In this document: positions 60,010-64,000 of the stretch, in pieces
Position numbering within the stretch: the stretch's first letter is position 1
How the letters are laid out: every line of letters starts with the position of its first letter
Origin: Macrostomum hystrix
Lineage: Eukaryota > Animalia > Platyhelminthes
Assembly (NCBI GenBank): GCA_950097015.1
Contig: CATNEN010000030.1
Coordinates: 4,526,001 to 4,590,000, forward strand
Direction: 5' to 3'
Length of the DNA stretch: 64,000 bases
Made by a program: the position numbers and the translations under genes
Notes under the pieces: model-generated
What the model saw: only the letters and a program-made list of their open reading frames with translations
The model's database searches: none
What the model was told of the DNA's origin: nothing

Positions 60010-60422
60010 TGTAGCGGTAGCACTTGTTTATTTGGGTTCACTGGGGCGCACGACAATTTAGTAAGTATAGTTAAGGCAGGTGCACGAGCTCTGACGGCGA
60101 AACGAACAAAGGTGGGGCTAATTTGTGAGACGAATAGAGATCAGAGTGGCACGGAGTGGCAGTACAGTAAGGCTGGAAACGGAACGGCACGGAACGGAAC
60201 GGAACGGCGGGACGGTGGAACGGTGGCGCGGTGGGGCGCGGGCGGGCTCAGGGGGCCTAGTTAAATAGGCTAGGTAGACGAAAAACGAGGGTGATCGATA
60301 AATAATTGAGCAAACAGAGAGCTCGCACGCTCATTGGCTGAGAGAGAATAACATTGATTAAGATTGCGACAATATTTTCGGGGCAGCATGATGTACGTCG
60401 ATGTCAACTGACAGTAATAACA
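60010..60422 (-). mobile_element. Solo LTR (413 bp) with 6-bp TSD
   Basis: It has TGT...ACA termini and is flanked by ATATAG at 60004-60009 and 60423-60428. An AATAAA lies near the minus-strand 3' end. Confidence 0.7.
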
Positions 60423-60686
60423 ATATAGTAACCCAACTGCTAGAAACGTAAAGGCGTGAAATCAGCAACATGTATATATGCAAGGAAGCACTGAGTGAGT
60501 TATGATCACACTGCACCTTGGCCATAAGAACCGGAAAATTGCGCAGCGCGATTCACAGGGTCATCAACGGCGAAGACGCAGGGGACGGAGACGAAGGGGC
60601 TTCTACGCAAAGTGACAACGTCACAAAAATCTAAGCTTTTTGTCTCCGGGCTCCGTATTGTCGTTTTCAAGTGTAAGACTTGAGGG

Positions 60687-61068
60687 CTGTTTTCCAAAAA
60701 CACCCCGAATATAATATGCAAAAGTTTCGCATATTTATGCTGCGATAACATGTTACCGTGTTACAGAATTCGAGCTTCTATGAAAGTAAATCGTGAAAGC
60801 AAACGTATAAATTGTAACTAGCTTATTGTTACTATATGAGTGTTACTAATTTGCAGTTCCTGTGATGTATGTCTAATTGTTATAGTTTTACATTTCTATA
60901 TATGGATTTATATTTCAAGCCACTGAAAGTATTCATTAATATAAAATGACGTAATTAATAATTTATAATAATTAAATTGTAATGCAACTGTAACACGGTT
61001 AACATGCTATCGCAGGATAAATATGCGAAACTTTTGCATGTTATATTCGGGATGTTTTTAGAAAACAG
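60687..61068. repeat. Foldback: ~80-bp imperfect inverted repeats around a 221-bp AT-rich spacer
   Basis: The arms are 60687-60766 and 60988-61068. The twin ORF starts MLSQHKYAKLLHIIFG and MLSQDKYAKLLHVIFG on opposite strands reflect the inversion. Confidence 0.9.
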
Positions 61069-61140
61069 AGGTGAAGACTTAAGTCAAGTTGTATCCGATG
61101 TAACTCATTTTTATCTGTTTCCTCCATTTGTTAGGCCTAT

Positions 61141-61275
61141 CCGCGTTTTATCCATTAATTCCGTTCCGCATCCACATCCGTTTCCGCAATCCGCGTTTTA
61201 CTGTTCTATTTCCGTATTCCGCGTTTTATCCGACGCATCCGGTCCGGATCCGCGTCCGTATCCGCGTTTTATCTG
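61141..61275. repeat. Short-period degenerate repeat (TCCGCGTTTTA x4 with tccg motifs)
   Basis: The motif recurs at ~61141, 61190, 61218 and 61261. Confidence 0.7.
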
Positions 61276-62165
61276 GTACCGCTTAATGTATGTTCTTGTT
61301 ATCTTCAATTATTATCTCTAGTAGAGAGGCCGGCCAGTTACAAGCGGCTATTTCTAAGAAATAAGGAGGCGTGGGAAATCGACTAGGCCTTATTGCACTC
61401 ACTTTGGATGTTATGTATTTTATCGAATTATATTTAGATGGTCTGAAAGCAAACAATCACAAAGATGTAAACTCACTATAAAATTACTGAGGCTATAAAA
61501 TTACTGAGAGAGAGTGTTTCCCAAACGCAAGTATTCGTTGTTACTCACTGATCCTTTGTCGGTAATCAGTGTAGAGAAAGGGGTCTCAAATAAGATCTGG
61601 GAGGAGTTTCCAGGAATTCAAATTCCAATTTCAATGAAGTTCTTATTATTTGTCTTAATGATAGGGCCTAATCTGAGCTTTGTAAGAACTAGCCAGGGGT
61701 AGCAATGGCTAGGTAGTGACAAGGAGTGATCGGATCAAGCTAAGAGAGAATAGCAGTGTAAGAGAGGAAAGAACAGGCAGATGGAACACTTTCTCTCAGT
61801 GTAAAAGTTTTATATACTAATCTGGTCAAAGGCTGTCATTCGACAGGCATTTCTGGGCGAATCCTAGAGCTCCTGCAAACGCATCCTTGCGCAGGAGGGA
61901 AAGCTGCATATTCTCTGGTTTTCACAAATGCGCACAGATATAAAAATCGCATATATTAAATTGTAACACTTCACAAGCATGTTGTTAGGGCCTGAAAACT
62001 AGATCTTTACAAAAAACAGATTTCGCACCAATTAAAATTGTAATATTTAGTTTTTGCAAATGTTTCAGCTTAAAATTTGAACTTAAATTTTCAGCTTAAA
62101 TTTGATTCCACTGTCTTACTTACATCTTAAAGTACAAAATAAGTGAACAACTTATTAATAGTTTG

Positions 62166-62275
62166 AAATTCACTGCCAGCTAAATTGTTTAGTTTAGTTG
62201 CCATATTATCAAAACTGCCATATTATAAAAAATTCACTGCCAGCTAAATTGTTTAGTTTAGTTGCCATATTATCA
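62166..62275. repeat. 46-bp local direct duplication
   Basis: aaattcactgccagctaaattgtttagtttagttgccatattatca occurs at 62166-62211 and 62230-62275. Confidence 0.85.
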
Positions 62276-63067
62276 GACTTCATTTTTTGATAGGCCTATG
62301 CAGCCTATGCAACATGGAACATGGAACATGTAGAATATGTGTAGCATAAAATGATGGCCCAAAAGGTTGAAATAGCCTAGGGTAGAGGTTGGCAAACTTT
62401 ATCAGTTAGAGGGCTAGAGAGCTAGAGGCCAGTGCCACATGACAGAAAAAGCAATAAAGTTTTTTCTTTATCCACATTGAAACCTAAGCAATAGATTAGA
62501 AATCTGGCAAGTGGCAGCATCATCAAAAGCCTTGTGCATAGACTTTCAGTGTGCCTTTTCATGTCTCTCTAAAAAATGTTTTTGGCCTAAGGAAAACTAA
62601 ATAGGCATAGTCAGTGGTCCATGTCTACTTTGCCCCTTTTCTGCAGCAGTGCTAAAGCCATTGTGTTTTGATAAATAATGCAAGGAATTAATTCAATAGT
62701 CCTTTTAGTTTTTGCTGTTTGGCATATAAAACTCTTTTGTCTAGATTTAGCAGGTGATTCGGGCAACATGATTGATATACAACAATATGATATTTTGCTA
62801 ACAACTGACATACACAAATCACTATAATTGTAATCTTAATTTTACACTAACCCCTCCTTTATCCAGAGCCACATAGAGCTAAAGCCATACTTAGCCCACA
62901 TTGAGGTGATAAGTAGGGCCTATAGAATGCAGTGTATGAAATAAGTTTGCAACCCACATGGACATTAAAGGATAGCCAAATGGTGTAGGCCAGATAATGA
63001 GGCCTTGTAGGCCAGATTTGGCATTGAGCCTGCAGGCCCAAGTTTGACTACTACTCTCTGGGGATCC

Positions 63068-63215
63068 TAGTCATTTTGTCAACTGGTCACTTTGTCAACT
63101 GTTTTCCCATATTAGTTGTTTCATCAACTGGCCAATGGGAAACTCGCAAACCTTGGTCATTTTGTCAACTGGGCAATGGGGCAATCTCCAATCTTGGTCA
63201 CTTCATCAACTGCCA
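63068..63215. repeat. Degenerate GGTCA(T/C)TTTGTCAACT repeats
   Basis: Four to five imperfect copies are visible. Confidence 0.65.
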
Positions 63216-64000
63216 ATAAAATATCACCTATCCATGACTTGTATGGCTTGTATTGCCTAACCCATACAAATATAGATAAGAAATGCTTTGTTAAAACAAT
63301 ATCATATTCAAATTGGTCGAACTGAATAAATTACTGTATTAAATTTATACCACATGACAACAATCACTTTAATTCTAATATACTAGGCCTATAGTGTAAA
63401 TATACTGGTGCAATGTCAAATGCAATGGATTAGTTAGCTACATGCAATAGCGCAACAAGTTTTTTTGGTGCAACTCTCTAGCAGCGCTCCTTTCTTATTC
63501 TGGGCTTGGGACCAGACAATGGCAGAGTTAGGCCCTACTGCACAAAGTCAGTTTTTACTAGAATAAGTAAGGCTGAAAATATCACAAAGATCACAAAGGT
63601 CACAAAAATCAAGTGGGTATGGGCATACATGTACATGTGAGTATATACAATTTCTGTCTAGTAATAGGTATGACAAATAGGTATGACATGCACATGGAAA
63701 TTTGTCACACTGTCAAAAGGCTACATGGTCCTAAATGATTGTCGACTATTGCTTTACCACTAATGCTGCTGTGCCCTGTGATGAGCAAACTGTGGGATGT
63801 GACTGAGGTGCATGCAGCTTAGTAGGAAGGTGCAAATGGAGAGATGCCCAGCACAATATTGCCCCCAGTACCACTCGACTTGCACCTGCAACTGCTTTTA
63901 CTGCGCCCTGTGCTGTGGCTCTTGAACCCCTTGCTCTTGGCCCACTGCTTCAGTTGCCTGTGTCAACCCTCCACCTTGTTGGTCCAGATAGACTGGCTAT

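Overview
This is eukaryotic (animal, invertebrate-like) genomic DNA with GT-AG introns, so most of the supplied ORF track is spurious and genes had to be assembled from splice sites and exon phases. The host organism cannot be determined; a flatworm or other spiralian is only a weak guess. Five protein-coding genes are supported. (1) A short single-pass membrane protein with a PPxY motif (-, ~1.1-1.7 kb). (2) A three-exon Shisa-like single-pass protein (-, 6377-8901). (3) A multi-exon KCNQ/Kv7 potassium channel (+, ~20316-37954). (4) A four-exon atypical 7TM receptor-like gene (-, 40805-43119). (5) An eight-exon ERp44 gene ending in RDEL (-, 46593-49660). Mobile DNA includes a degenerate Tc1 (DD34E) and a Harbinger fragment inside KCNQ introns, a young CsRn1-clade Ty3/gypsy element with near-identical LTRs, a solo LTR, MITE and SINE families, and six minisatellite arrays. 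The most striking observation is that the KCNQ gene carries two tandem 111-nt, phase-0/0 exons for the selectivity filter and S6. One is canonical (TVGYGD...GISFFALPA) and one is altered at critical residues (TVGYGQ...IISFYALPP), which suggests pore-swapping alternative splicing. Also notable are a Cys-bounded ~32-aa insert in the S1-S2 loop, a family of 40-44 bp elements with 7-8 bp target-site duplications, and a clean -1 frameshift signal in the retrotransposon.
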